The notes under the pieces are model-generated. The model saw only the letters and a list, made by a program, of their open reading frames with translations, ran no database searches and had not been told where the DNA came from. The translations under genes were made by a program, and so were the position numbers. 64,000 nt of DNA from Fimicolochytrium jonesii (Eukaryota), in NCBI RefSeq assembly GCF_025526975.1, contig NW_026515678.1:682001-746000 (forward strand). The letters run 5' to 3'. This document shows positions 34,101-47,887 of the stretch, in pieces (position 1 is the stretch's first letter; each line of letters begins with the position of its first letter).

Positions 34101-35560
34101 CCGTTTGTGACATGATCACCAAAGTCTGGGGCGACGTTGTGCAATTGGTTGTTACCGCCATCGCCGGTCTGGTCATCGGCTTCGTACACACATGGCAGCT
34201 CACCCTCATCGTCCTGTGCGCGGTTCCCTTCCTCCTCGGCGCTTCCATGTACGAGTCCAAGATCCACCGCGGGTTCGAAGACAAGACCAAGAAGTCCTAC
34301 GAAATGTCTGGCGACGTTGCTTCTGAAGCCATCAAGAACATCCGTACGGTGAGCTCCCTTTCCAAAGAAGACTACTTCGAAAGCAAGTTCGCCGCCGCTA
34401 TCGAACGCCCTCACTACCTCGCCCGCCGCAAGGCGTTCCTGTCCTCCCTTGGACACGGTGCCAACCAGGGATTCCAGATGTTCACCAACGCCCTTGGATT
34501 CTACGCCGGTATCCGCCTCATCGAATCTGGCACAGTCGACTTTGAAAGGATGTTCATCGTCATCATGGCCATTATGATCTCCGCGCAAGGAATGGGTCGT
34601 TCGTCAACGTTCACGACCCACATCGCGAAGGGCAAATTCGCCGCGTTCAAGACGTTCGAGCTGCTGGACCGCAAAACGGAGATTGACCCTGACGCACCTG
34701 GATACTCCCACGACACCATTGAAGGAGAGTTTGAGTTCAAGGACGTCGCGTTTACCTACCCCGCGCGTCCCGACCAGCCTATCTTCACCGGTGGGTTCAA
34801 CCTCGCCGGCAAGACCCGCCAAACAGTTGCCCTCGTCGGCCCCTCCGGGTGCGGCAAGTCAACGACCATCGGCATGCTACAACGGTGGTACGACGCAAAA
34901 GAAGGCACGGTCTCCGTCGACGGGCAGAACGTCAAGAGTTACCAGCTGAAAGAAGGCTTGAGGCGGCATATGGCGCTTGTAGGGCAGGAACCGGTATTGT
35001 TTGATATGAGTATTCGGGAGAATATCATGTGGGGAACGGATCGGGAGGATGTGACTGAGGAGGAGATGATGGAGGCGGCCAAGATGGCGAATATTTATAC
35101 TTTTGCCAGTGAGTTACCTCAAGGTATGTTCTTGTCCCTATTTCGTATGTCTTTCGTACCTTTTCGAGTGATATCACATGCTCATTGCCCATTCTTCTTT
35201 TCATTAGGCTTTGACACCCCCGTCGGAGACAAAGGCGGACAACTCTCCGGAGGTCAGAAGCAACGAGTCGCCATTGCCCGCGCCCTCATCCGCAAACCCA
35301 AACTCCTCCTCCTCGACGAAGCGACCTCCGCACTGGACTCTGAATCCGAGAAACTGGTCCAAGAAGCCCTCGACCGCGCCGTCGAAGGCCGCACGACCGT
35401 CGTGATCGCGCACCGTCTCTCGACGATCCAGAACGCCGATATTATCGCCGTTGTAAATAACGGACGCGTCGTGGAGCAGGGCACGCATTTTGAGCTGTTG
35501 GATTTGAATGGGGTTTATACGGATTTGGTTAAACAGCAGGATTTGAATGTTCTTGCTTAG
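31151..35560 (+). CDS. Full-length ABCB / MDR (P-glycoprotein-like) transporter, TMD-NBD x2 (multi-exon)
   Basis: Walker A GPSGSGKST and GPSGCGKST, two LSGGQKQR signatures, LLLDEATSALD, AHRLSTI, two TM blocks. Confidence 0.96.
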
Positions 35561-37918
35561 GTGATATCGGGTGGATGGGACGGTAGTAGATGCGCAGAGC
35601 GTAGCTCCTCAGATATTTTGTCTTTTTCACTACGTAGTCGACGGACGTTTTCATTTTGCTGCATACTCCACTTTACTACTGCACTCTTCATGCATTAATC
35701 GTGTTCATTCTTAATGAGAATCTTATTTACTTGATCACCGCAAATAGCTAATGCTTGCTCTTGCCAAGCTTCCTGTTGTGTGTGCTTAGAATTGAAGAAG
35801 GTCCTTGGTGACTTGCAAATACCAATAGTACTGTAGATTAATCAAACGTTGACCTCCCGGCTTTGCACCTGGACGTCGACGATTCCCACGACCAGTAACC
35901 CTTCTTTGTCTTGCGCAAGGCGTACTTGGCGTCATTGAAGTCCCGATACCCACAATAACCAGCTCGGTGATAGCGTTCGTATACGCAAAGATACCTTCTG
36001 CGCCGCCGAAGCTCCACTTCCACTCGGGGATTCTCAAGCATCTCGCAATCCAGAGCTTTTGGTCCCTACTTCATGCGGCCGAGAGCTTACGATCTATCCA
36101 TGCCCAGCGACGGAGTTCGCCTTTTGACGGGACGCTCCAAATGCTGTCAAATTGTAATTTCACCTTGAGATTCCATCAGCTCCTCCGACTCCAGCATGCG
36201 TACAGGGACACAGCTCTATTAATCTAGCGGATGTTTCAGGGGTGTATTGATTTTCAGTCGTGAATATCGACGGGGGTGTCAGGGCGAGATATCTGGGGGG
36301 CATTTAGGACAAGCTTAAACCTCCTTTTTTTCGTCAAGCCACATTTCTGCTGGCTGAGCGGACAGACTTTTCGCGAAACGAGTCTGCTCTCTCTGCGGTT
36401 CACGAATAGCCTACAACCCCATGGAAACCCTCGCAACCCCGAGACGGGACCGCCTCACCCAAATCCATCATAGTAACCCGTCATAATACCCGTCACCTTG
36501 AGCCGCCCCACGCTCGGCCCCTTCCAAGTCTAGGCTCTGCACCCCTTCACATCAATCCCTGAGACGTGAGAGTGTCCTGGATTGCCCAGATCTGCCCATG
36601 ACAGATCATTGCAAATCAACGGGCAAATCACGAAATCAACGGGCATCTTGGCAAAACACCGCACATCATGCATGACGAGCGGGGAGACGACGAGATGCAG
36701 ATGCAGAGGCCAGGGTTGCTGAGAATCACCAGACCCTGTGCGCATCATGACGACGAGGAGAGGGCGGCGAACAAGCTTTTTGGGTGCCCTTCTTCGCATG
36801 GCCGACGGCTCCCACACCCCGTCTGGTAGAGTCGATCCTTAAACTCACAAAGGCGGGAGAGCGGAAAGTCATAGACGCCATGCCATGCCTGATATACCGG
36901 ACCCACATTTTGCTACACGATCTGCATCGAGTGACTGCATCGACGAGCCGAGACCAGCAGTGCCCATGGGTCCCGGCTGATCTCCATTGCTCTAAACTGA
37001 AGAGTCTATTCCCAGATGTCGCCCTCACCTGGGAATAGACATTTTGGGCATGGACCGTGGGAGGCATCACGTCAGATATTGTTTGTGGATGCGCCGGCGG
37101 ATGGGCCTTGCATCGTCGTGCCCCTTCTCGGCGGCGGATGTTCCCATGGTCTGTTCGGATCGTATGTGTGTAGCATCGAAGGCGTTTTCCCGTATCCGTA
37201 TGGGTGCGGTGTGGTAGAGGAAGAAGGCGTGTGAGGCGCGCAGAGGATGGGGCGAGGGGGCCAATGCATCTGCGTGCAGAGTGTCGGTGGTGAGAGTTTT
37301 CTGAGTATACTTCGGTACAGGCAGGCATCCGAGATGCATTTCCAATGGACGTCTGGTCGACCTTATGCGTGGTTGCGGTTGTCCTTTGAACATTCCTGCC
37401 CATCTCGCACGGCGTTTTCTGATTTGCAGAGCGGGCATCAAACCGCCACAAATAACGAAACGAGAGCTTCCAACATCAATGATATGAACATGTTCACTAG
37501 CGCGAATGCCAGCCATCCTGAATGCGCTCTCGCCGGGTCGCATCCTCCTCTATAGACGGGCGTAGATGACACGCAAAAGTAGCAGCAGTTGCAAAGACGC
37601 GCAATACTCTCGAAACAGTGTCATCCCGACAACGAAGACAACACATATTCCAAGCCTAATCCGAGAAGTTCCAAAAAGAGGTTCCGATTATACGTTTTCA
37701 ACTATTATACAGAGCACAGACATGTCCGAAGCAACACAAGGGGTATGGGATATGGGGGGTTTGACCAGAGAGCGACCAAAACCGGAGAACATGCCCGAAT
37801 AACAGCAAAGACTACATGTTCACGTAAACGTGGGTATGAGGGCCGGGGGGGGGGGGGGATCGCAAACGCTTCCAGAGCATATTTGCAACGACAGATAAAA
37901 CAGATTAAGCGATGAATG

Positions 37919-38869
37919 TTATACATCCAACTCCAACACCCCCGTCTCGACCCCCGCCGACGCGCTCCTCGCCAACACACTGGGCGGGACCAGGAAATCA
38001 AAGTAATCCACGCTCGCAACCACCGTGTTCGGCGGGAGGAACGGCCACCACAGATGCGGGGGCGGCGTGGCCAGCTGCGCGCTCACTGACGAGTGGCGTT
38101 TTGCGCGCAGCGGCGGGGTGTTGACCGCTGAAGAGGGGGTTGATGTTGAGGAGGAGGCGAGGGAGGTGAGGGATTGGGTGTGGAGGGGCGGTGTTGCGGC
38201 GCCGTGGATGTGCATTTTGGTAGGTAAGGTGGATGTTGATGCTGAGGATGGTTGTGTTGGGGAGGATGCAGAGGCGAGTTGCGCGACGGCGGTGAAGACG
38301 CAGGAGCTGAGCATCGATGACACGGTTGGGACGATGACGTGGAGTGTCGCTGCGGTTGCGGGAATGTCGTCGGCGTCGGTAGTTAGGACCTTGGGTGTAC
38401 TTGCGTTGACGATAGCGACAGTCCTTGAAGATGACTCGGTTTTGAGCCCCAAAGCGGAAAAGTTCCTATTCAAAGTCGACGGCGGCGAAGGGAGCTGGTG
38501 GTGCGGGTCGATGAGTGTTGCTTCTTTCGTGAGATCCGGGTTGGACACTGGCGGGGTTATCAACGCAGAGCTGGGTGTGGGGATCTTTGAACCGGTGGAG
38601 CGTGGTAATGATGTCTCTTCCAGAACACGGCGCGGAGGGAGGCTGCAACTGCCAGTGAAAAGATCGCCGAGAGACGAGCAAGGTCTTCGCACGCCGGAGC
38701 TGCTTATGCGGTGCTGCACCAGGATATGCGAAGGGGGTTGTTGCGCCTGGTTCTGGTACTGATTCGGTTCCAGATCCGGATGGTGGTGACCTTGTTCACG
38801 AAGCTGCTGTTGGAGCTTGGCGTAGGTGTACGAGCTCAGCGCCAAATGGTAACCTTGCGGCCGAGACAT
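37919..38869 (-). CDS. Hypothetical low-complexity protein (316 aa)
   Basis: Long ATG ORF, S/T/P-rich; no recognised domain. Confidence 0.5.
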   Translation of the reverse strand: MSRPQGYHLALSSYTYAKLQQQLREQGHHHPDLEPNQYQNQAQQPPSHILVQHRISSSGVRRPCSSLGDLFTGSCSLPPRRVLEETSLPRSTGSKIPTPSSALITPPVSNPDLTKEATLIDPHHQLPSPPSTLNRNFSALGLKTESSSRTVAIVNASTPKVLTTDADDIPATAATLHVIVPTVSSMLSSCVFTAVAQLASASSPTQPSSASTSTLPTKMHIHGAATPPLHTQSLTSLASSSTSTPSSAVNTPPLRAKRHSSVSAQLATPPPHLWWPFLPPNTVVASVDYFDFLVPPSVLARSASAGVETGVLELDV

Positions 38870-41800
38870 GTTACAGGTTCGCCCTTGGTTCGTTGTTGTA
38901 GGTACTGAGAAAACGTAACCGAGGAAAGAGCGTCGCGTTGCAAATGCGCGCCCTGGGCTCAGCTCTGAGCACTGTCCAGTCTATGAATGTATGTCAATGA
39001 CAGAGTGCAAGGGTCTGGGATGGGCCTTTCGAGTGCTGGATCTTATAGCTCCCCGCGCGCGGAGGGATGTTGACAAGAAGGCGATGTTGGAGGTTGATCG
39101 TGAACGCAAGAGTGCACACCTCCGGCTCTGGCGAGCTGGAGAAGCGAATATCCGATTATGTATGCGGGATGCTATATCCAACCTTCCAAGCTTGCGGCTC
39201 CGGGTATGTATGCTTCGTCGCTAGGGGATAGGTATTGGGGTCTGGGCACCGATATTGCACGAAAATCCGTGAATCTCGTCCAAGACACTTTCAGGGCTCA
39301 GGGCCAAGGGACCACGCACGAGAACGGCGACGTTGATTTGCCGGTAACAGTAGAATCGTTGAAACGTTAACTTAGATAAAGCCGCGCAAGGACGAAATTG
39401 TAACGAATTTGTAACGACCAATTGAGCACCGGGTGACAAACCAGGGACTGGACTGTGTCCACCGTGTCCTGATGTAAGGGAGACGGGGGGACAGTTTCCC
39501 GCAGCGGAATGTGCCCTTTTTTCGCCACCAGGGGGATGAGCGCCGGCGGGGTGGTGGTCTAGACTTGACGGAGGCGAGGAGGCTCACGCCGTGTCCGGGG
39601 GTCTAGATCTAGAGCGCGGACGTGTGTCTGACGGTCTCTTGAAGGATGTTAAGGCGCGCGAGGAAGGCGAGGAAGACACGGGCACCTTCTGCTAACGCGA
39701 TTCCGTTTCTCGAAGCGTCGTTTATGGGATGTGGTGGTTGTGCCGGCAATAAAAAACCCGTGGCGACGTTCGAGATGCCCAACTCCGAATCCTGCTTCGT
39801 CCGAAGCGGCAAAGTGGAGCGCGAATGTGTTTTGTAAGCGACACGGCTTGCGCTAGGCGTGAACGAACAGAACAACGACGCCAAGCTGAAAGGGCTCCTG
39901 AAAGAGGAAGGAGCAAGGTGGGGGACGCAGGACAGATGGCTTGCCTGTGTTCAGGTACGCCTCGAGTTCCTGAGAAAGCTTCCAAGGGATGCATCATTCA
40001 CCACCCGGTTCTTATGCCAAGGCCTGGCGACGGAAAAATATCCAGACACTTTCCTGAAAGCTGGGGAATATCTCATGTTTATTCGGGCGCCGGCCAAAAA
40101 CATCCATTTTCATCACATACCGTAGAACTTTTTGCAAGATTTACAGCAACAAATTGATATCTGGACGGCATTTCCAAAATCTCGGTGAGGCTGGGACGCG
40201 GATACCTGGTAAATATCGCCCGAAAACCGTCGAATAAATTCTGCCGTGATGATCATGTCCGATCGGTTGGTCTCCCCCTGCGGTGAACTGCCCTCTTCAA
40301 CCAGCCTCACAGATAGGCGATAACAATACGTGGCGGATACCCGAAATGGAAATGGGTCATGCCTGCAAATACATGGGGCTTGGCAAACCGCAAGCGCCGA
40401 TTAGCTTTGAGCAGCATTGTAGGTTGCTGCGTATCGTGTTTTTCAAGCGAATGTCGTGTGGAGTTCCGGGCTAGTCCGGATCGCAAGCCGGACTTTTGGG
40501 AGAATAGCGAGGGACAATAGAATACGGGTGCATGTGCGTATACTTGGGGGGGGGGGGGGGGGACACGAGGTGAGATGAATGGGATACGGAGAGCCTTGTT
40601 CGCACCCAAATGACGGGCTCCGTCGCGTTATGTAAGCTTCATTCGCGGAAACGAACGCTCGGTAAGGCACATAAATTATACGCAGTCGGAGAAGGGCACC
40701 GTAGACTTCCTATCACAAGAAAACATGGCAATCAGGTTTCCATGGTATTCTTCCATTTCCAAACAAAGCCCGAACTAGGATAGCGATTGCCGGGAAAGGC
40801 AAGACAGCTCCGAGGTTAATGCAGGTCATGGGAGCGAAATGCGGCGTCCAGCGCCCAAGCCGGAAAATTCCCATTCATCGAAGGCCCGGTATGACATGAA
40901 GCGAGCATCGCCAGCTCATGACAGTGGGTCAAGCACTGGCAAATGCGCACAGCCACACCTTGACCCCTCATGTAAGGAGATTGACCGGCACACCGCCAGC
41001 CTGGTCATGGACGACATGTCCCCCGTGTCCAAGACTTTGCAAGCTTGTTTTCGACATATGCTTGAGAATCCCGGCATCGAAAATAACCTGCTCGCATCGG
41101 TGGGAGAGGCCCTGCATTGAATGGTAGCCGAGAGAAGGATGTGTGTCCCGGGCTGTTTCCCGTCTCCCGTGGGGGAGTACATTTTTCCACCGGCCTATCC
41201 GGATTCCGCTAGGATGTGCAGACGGGCGAGGGAGGGTAACGTCTGGGAGGGTAACAGGCAGAACGCAGCGACGTACGAGTTCGTAGTACGAGGATCAATG
41301 GCAAACCTTCCAGGGCCCGGATGGGTTCATACAGCTGTTCGGCTTGTAGGGACTCTGGGGAGACATCGAGGGGGTGACAGTCTCCGCACACTTTTGAAAC
41401 GATGGGCGAGATCTTCGCTTTGCCTCCCATTGTGACTTACACATTCCAACTGCGAGATTCGAGCCGGGCGACATGCTCGTTGGACGAAAGAGGTCCCCTA
41501 TGCTTGCATCTCCCAGATCTCTGGCTCGCCGTTCTCTTTCAGAGTAGCAACCATCTGTCTGGCGCGGGAGGGGAGACGTCGTCACGGGAGAAAAGGTGTC
41601 CGAGGGAGTGACACTCTCCGAGATCTGCAAAAGCGAGTGCCATTCCCCATCGAAAAAAGGAAGTAACCCGCGATTCGCGAAATCTCGTGTTTTTCGTCGG
41701 AAGCGCAAATGGGGTTATCCCTTCCTGTGGACCTCTCTGGCGCCCTTGCAGTATGAATCATGTTCGGAAATCGGTGGCGGGCCGGGATCGCAATGACGGA

Positions 41801-44800
41801 GGCAGCGTTGGTAGGAAAGTCGTGATCCCCGTCCGACAAAGAACTAGACTCCGAGACAAAGTACAGTACGTCTCCGCCGTTATTACAATTTTTCACCGCA
41901 AAATAAGCTTTGTCGGACTCGTATTGCTGTAACACGGCCCGTCAAATGCTTCAGAGTTTGTTTTGGCTTCACGCGAAGGTTAGGCACGCCCTGCGTCGCC
42001 TTCCCGTCCCAGTTTCAGAAAAACGGCACCGGACCCTCTCTGAGAGGTTTGTGCGAGTTGTCGACCATATGATGGATGATATAGTACGTGGATTCGAACC
42101 ATCCACGTATTCGCACTCTGGCAACAAAAAAACAAACAAGGGATGCGGAAAAGGATTGATCATCCCAGAAGCAAAAACCTTCCAAAGCACGCACCCTTCC
42201 ATCGCCGCGTTTCGCCGCGGCGAAAGCCGAAGTGAGATATCCGGCCCCCCGATGGAAAGGATGGGAAAGCTTCTTGTAGCGGAAGGTGGGCTACGTTCCC
42301 CAGGAAGCTGCTTCTACCGGCGTTCGCATAACCGGAAGGTTGTAGATAGACGGTGAGTGCGAGCTGCTGAAATGGACGAATGCAGTTGCAAATCCCACTC
42401 GCAAGGCTTCTATGCACGTCATCGCGGCGTGAGTGTCTTAAGACTTTGTCCATAAGCGGTGGATCCCGAGTTGAGGAAAGAACTGCATGCCTTGGTCGAA
42501 ATCGAGATCGATATACTCGGTTGAGGGAGATCATCGGTCTCATGAGCATGTCCAAACTCTGCAAACAGGAGGGCCTCTTCAAGTTCGGCGTGAAATCAGA
42601 AATGACAGCGCAGAGTCCTGTCAAAATGTATACTTGGAAGCGTTTTCATCCATCTTGCAAGTCCAATCAAAGGTTTTTGCGTTGATATTGGACTTATATT
42701 TGCTCCATATCATTTCCTTCTCCTGTCAAAATCTGCATCCGTTGCGGCAGAAATCTCTTGCTTGTGCTCGGGAAACCCGAAACGCATCCTTAATGTTCCT
42801 TGACTTGCTTTCAGAAGACGTTCAACGCCTCAAGGGCCCGCCTGCTTCCTACGACCTCCATTAATACATGCTGAACGACCGAAGAGAAAAAAACAAAACA
42901 GGAGAATATACAGAGTGGAACGGACAACGCAGAAGGCGAGCGTGGGGTTTCTCCTTACCTCCGTGTTATTCTTCCATACTCCCACACAGCCCCGGTCGGC
43001 CACGCGTCACTTTCGCGTTTTCCGCCCCCAGTTCTCATCCGGACGCGTTGGGTAAGCGAAATCGTGCTGGACAAGGCCTCATAATAAAATTTTCGCGGAG
43101 ATAGTCGCTCGTCCGTGCAGGAGGAGCGGAATTCACAGGGTGGATGATCCCATTGGGACCCCGAGTTGAATATCCCATCGTTATACTCGGACCTGTACGC
43201 GTTTTGTGTTGTGTTTGTCTGGCTCTCGGACATGTTTACCGCAACGTGTTTTAGGATCCCCCGTGACATGTACTTGGAAGCCCAAGCGATTCAACGCGTG
43301 GAGAGCAGGTCAAAGACAGGCGATGATGTTCTAACATAAGGGCGCGGACTCCGCTGTTTGAATGTGCCGGTTTGGTTAGACCTTGAAAGCAAGAGGACGG
43401 GACGCGTCAGTTTCGCGTTTTTGAGTTTTGTCCGAGACCTTTTTTTCGGACACATGCGCCTTTTGGAAACTCATAGTTTGGGACCACATGAACACCGATA
43501 TAGGCAAGGAAAGGCCGCTGACGCAGTGGACGGGGCTTCGTTGTGTCCGGCACATAGAAAGGCGCGAGTTTTTTCGGGCGGAGTTTGAAACGCGTCCATT
43601 TTTTTGCTTACGCGCCACGCGTTGATCTCACCCGCCTAAGTCGGGTCCAAGCACCAAAACTTACAACACCACTTCCGGCACGCCTCTCCTGTTCAAAACT
43701 ACGATAAAACCGTATATATGTAGCCCCGCCCGGCTAAATAAATGGTGGCGTTGCCAATTTCGAGCGTACTCAACAGACGTCTCTAAACACTTCGGCCTTG
43801 GTGAGACTTCCTCAATGCAATGAAGTGAGGCTCTATCGAAAGAGTCACAGCTAAGGCGGATGAGAACAAAAACGGGTTGCAATAACCAGGAACCTGGCTT
43901 GTCGGACGAGGGGGGTATTCATCGCACACAGGTTCTGTTGTGCTCTAGCATGCATCCATTAGAAGTCGCGAACACTGTCCTCACTCACTCATACAACTGT
44001 CGCTTCAATGTCGTTTGAGGATGCGCGCACGTGACCGTTGGTTTAAATGTGTGGCTTGGGTGATCCCGATCGCCGCGTTTGCGGCCAAGGAAGGAGTGTC
44101 ACACACGGCCGTCAAGCCGCGCCGCCCCGTCGGCCGTGCGGAGAGTGAAAATGCTCAGCCATGCGGACGGTGAGAGTCAAGTCACAGAAGAAGCCTCCGG
44201 GGGGAGACCCATTCGGAGGGGGCGGGATTTTCAACAGCAGAGCAGTCAAAGTTCTCAAATTCACAACGGACGCGCACAGCCTCCCGACATGGTGGACCGC
44301 AACCTTCCCCCGGCCGCTCACTTCCTCCCGTGTCATATGAAGTCACGGACCCCCCCTCTTGAGGCGGGAGAGAAGCCTCCGAGGGACACAGCGCAGAGAG
44401 ACAAGCAGCAGGGAGGGAGGAGGACAGAGGACAACAACAAAAGACGCTTAACTCAAAAGACGGCCGACCATCCAACCTGCCCCTCCCTTGACCAACTCGC
44501 CGCAACACTCACAACAGGTACGTATGTGTGAAGAGACAGAGAGACAGAGTGAGAGAGTAGCAAGGAATATGGGCGGGAACTACACGGGGCGTAGGGACGG
44601 GATGGGGGAAGCCGCTCTTACATATAGTGGGCGTTAGGCTTGGCAGTCCCCCCCAATTCTTGCTGGGATCTTACTAGCTGGAACGAGAGCACCAGCGTTG
44701 GGCAGCAAACGACATAGAATTGCCACACCTGCACACGTCCTTCCAACTATTATTCTTGGCTGACCCTTAAGATTGTCTTCCGCCTTCAGCATTCACAATC

Positions 44801-44854
44801 GTCGTGGGAACGTTTCGACAACCACCCGCGATCTATCCCACACTTCACAACACA

Positions 44855-46422
44855 ATGTCCCCAACAAAACGGACAATGAAGGCTGCGGCTTTCTCGCTTT
44901 TCGCCCTCGCTTCTGGAGTTGCCGCTGCTGATGATAAGTCGGTAAGTTCTGTGAGCGGAAGCGTGGGTGTGTGTTACAAAAGTGAGGTCGATGATAGAAA
45001 GCATACTCACTTCTCCCTCCCACAGCGCCCAAGCGAATGCATAGCAGTGGACAGCTCATCAACATGCGCACCCTTCGCGGCCGGCCACTACATCAACGCC
45101 ACATATCTCGGACTCGTCTACGGTCTCGACAAGCCCATCCCCGATGCGGCCTACTGGGACAACCTCGTCAAGACGGTTACTTCAGGCAGCAAAGAACAGG
45201 CCGCCATGTGGACCAACTGGGCCCAATGCACCGGCTACAAGGGCCAGCCTATCCAGTACTACCGCTCATATGTCTGCCTCACCGATATCAACTACTTCTC
45301 GCAAGGCTGCAACCCGGGCTACAAGCCGCCTTCCAAATCCATTTGCACGAATATCTGCGAATCGTACGGAAGCGCGGTCAGCACGTTGATTCAGGACGAG
45401 GAGATCTGCCCAACGCGGTTTGGTGATGCTAGCACCCCGGCCAGCGTGTATGAGGAAGTGAGGAACCGCAGGAACAATGCCCTGCAAGGGTCAAAGACTT
45501 GCTCGGCGCTCGCCGCTGCATGGGAGAAGGATGGGTACAAGAACAATGCCAGTGATTGCCAATACGGTACCGAAGATGACCACACCTCTTGCGGTGAGTT
45601 CCGATATATATATCGTCGATTGACATACTGCCTTGTCCATGTTGACTGATTCTGTCCCTCTCTCTCTGATAATAGGCTTCGCTGGTAATGCCGAGATTGC
45701 CAACTACTACTGCACAGACTACCCCACCGACCCCTGCTGCAAACGTCTCAAGGGCGGCCGCAACGTCGACTCCAACTCCAAGCCGGAGTCCAACTCGAAC
45801 TCCAACTCCACCACCTCTGCCGGCCTCGACCAATCCAACGCAGGCACCAAGGCCGTCGCCGCCGCCGCTGACGTCCAAAACGATATCAGCGCAACCGCCG
45901 CGGCCGCTGCCACCGGTTCCGAATCCTTCGCCTCTAAAAACAAAATTCCCCTCGCCATCGGCGGCTCCCTCGTCGGCATCGCAGCCATCGCCGGCGCCAT
46001 CGTCGGCACCCGCCACATCAAAGCCAAAAACTCCAACGGCTCCCACGCCCCGCGTCCGCGGGGCAAGATGACCGCGGGTACCGCTGTCCCCTTCCTCGCA
46101 CCCGACATGAAGGACACGAGCAAGGACCGCACTGCGGCGGATGGATCGACGAGCACGAAGCATAAGGTTGTGTACGATTATACGCCGCAGTTGATTGATG
46201 AGTTGGAGTTGGCGAAGGATGATGTTGTGGAGGTGTGGGCTTCTTATGATGATGGTATGTACTGCGAGTCGTGTTCCTTTTGTCTTTGTGGAGTCATAAC
46301 ATGTATCTGACCGAACTCTTTTCTCTTCTGATTCTCTCATAGGCTGGGGTAAAGGCTTGAACACCCGCTCAGGCAACAAGGGAACTTTCCCAATGGCCTG
46401 TCTTGAACCCATCTCGGAATAA
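44855..46422 (+). CDS. Signal peptide - Cys-rich ectodomain - TM - SH3 protein (multi-exon)
   Basis: MKAAAFSLFALASGVAAA; Cys-rich block; TM IPLAIGGSLVGIAAIAGAIVG; SH3 VVYDYTPQLIDELEL..YDDGWGKG..GTFPMACL. Confidence 0.85.
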
Positions 46423-46738
46423 AACCCCGCCCTCACTCGCTTGAATGATAATGTTCTGTAATCTTAGCGTCGTCGATACGTTTTGTTTTTTTCTCTCTTG
46501 TATCAATCCTTTTTCGCTTTTTGCGCAAGAAAGACCACCCAACCCATTGTATAAATAATTCATAATCGTATCCGTGCAGAAATGTGAGGAGGCCCCTCGG
46601 TTGGAGTTGAGCGAAGCGCCGTGCGAGAAGGGGATTGTGTCCGCGCCGTTCGGACTTTACCACGAACGAGAAAGAACACCTCTTCGGACCCCCTTGTTGC
46701 TTGCTGCCCATTTCGCACTTGATAACACGAGATAGATT

Positions 46739-47887
46739 ATGCTCCGCCAATCACCACCTCCCCACAGCATCTCCCCGGCACCCCCACCGCCCCTCTCCCC
46801 CGCCCTAGCACCCCGCATCAAGCTGGAATTCGACCGGGATGGATTCTGCGTGATCCCCAACGGTACCGTATACCATCCCCCACCTTCACCCCCACCCCCG
46901 TTCGCAGCTCACGCTGTCCCCACCCAGCGATCACAGAGGATGATGTGGATCTGCTGAGACGCGAAGCCGACGCGTTGTTCAATGCAGCAGACGTGGATGT
47001 CGTTGCTGAATTGGGGTGTATTGTGCGTCACATGGTCTTCGTGGGCTGGCATGATTGCGCGCGAGGAACCTCACACATGCGGTACGATTTCCGGCACAGA
47101 TCGAGCCGGTCCCGGATGCGCACCGCGGAAGCCGGGTAAGGGTGGAGAGGGAGGTGTATATGGCGGCGAGGCGGGAGGGGGGTGCTGACGATGAGGGGAG
47201 CGATAGAGTTTTTGAGAGGATGGTGTGTGGGACCCTCGCGGGGTATGCCCGGGCTGTCCTCCTCCCGTCACCGAAACCCGGACCCCGCTTGGAAACAATC
47301 ATGCTCGTAAGTTGACTCCCCGCTCTTTTCCCCTCCCCCATTCACTGTACGCGAAAACTCACATGGTGGGGGCGGGTTTGGCCTCGGGGGAGTATAACGA
47401 GCAGTATATTGTCAAGCCGCCGTTCCAGGGGGCACGCACGGCGTTTGGGTGGCATCGGGATGGGGAGTATGTTCGGGACGAGCAGCGAGGGGGCAGCGTG
47501 GCGTGCTGGGTCGCGCTCGATGATGTCGACGAGGTACAGTGCAGTACGTCTCATCTCCTCTCTTCTGCCCCCAATGGCGGGAGGAAGAGCTGCATGTTAA
47601 ACCCCCACCCCGGTTTGTGTGTCCCCCAGACGAATGGAACACTGCACATCCAGCCCTTCACGGCCCCCCACTGCACCCACCAACCACCGATCGTGACCAT
47701 CCGCGCCCAGGCTGGGACAATGGTCATACTCGCCTCGCACGTCATGCACTGCAGCACGCCGAATCTGTCGCGCCGGTTTCGGATGTGTTTTATGCCGCAG
47801 TTCTTCGTGCGTGGTGGGGGGGAGGGGGAGGAGAGGCAGGGGGATGCGGAGGGGAGGGAGGGGGTGGGGTTGGCGATTCCCTGTTGA
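46739..47887 (+). CDS. Phytanoyl-CoA dioxygenase (PhyH) family 2OG-Fe(II) oxygenase (multi-exon)
   Basis: FDRDGFCVIPN, FGWHRD (HxD), CWVALDD..NGTL, VMHCSTPN...R. Confidence 0.85.

Noticed and set aside
37845..40562. Two long G homopolymers (~37845 and ~40546)
   Set aside because: Simple runs prone to length error; no supporting context
38900..44600. Gene-poor stretch with many short ORFs, possibly a decayed gene or TE
   Set aside because: No recognisable domain, terminal repeats or consistent frame; needs a frameshift-aware search
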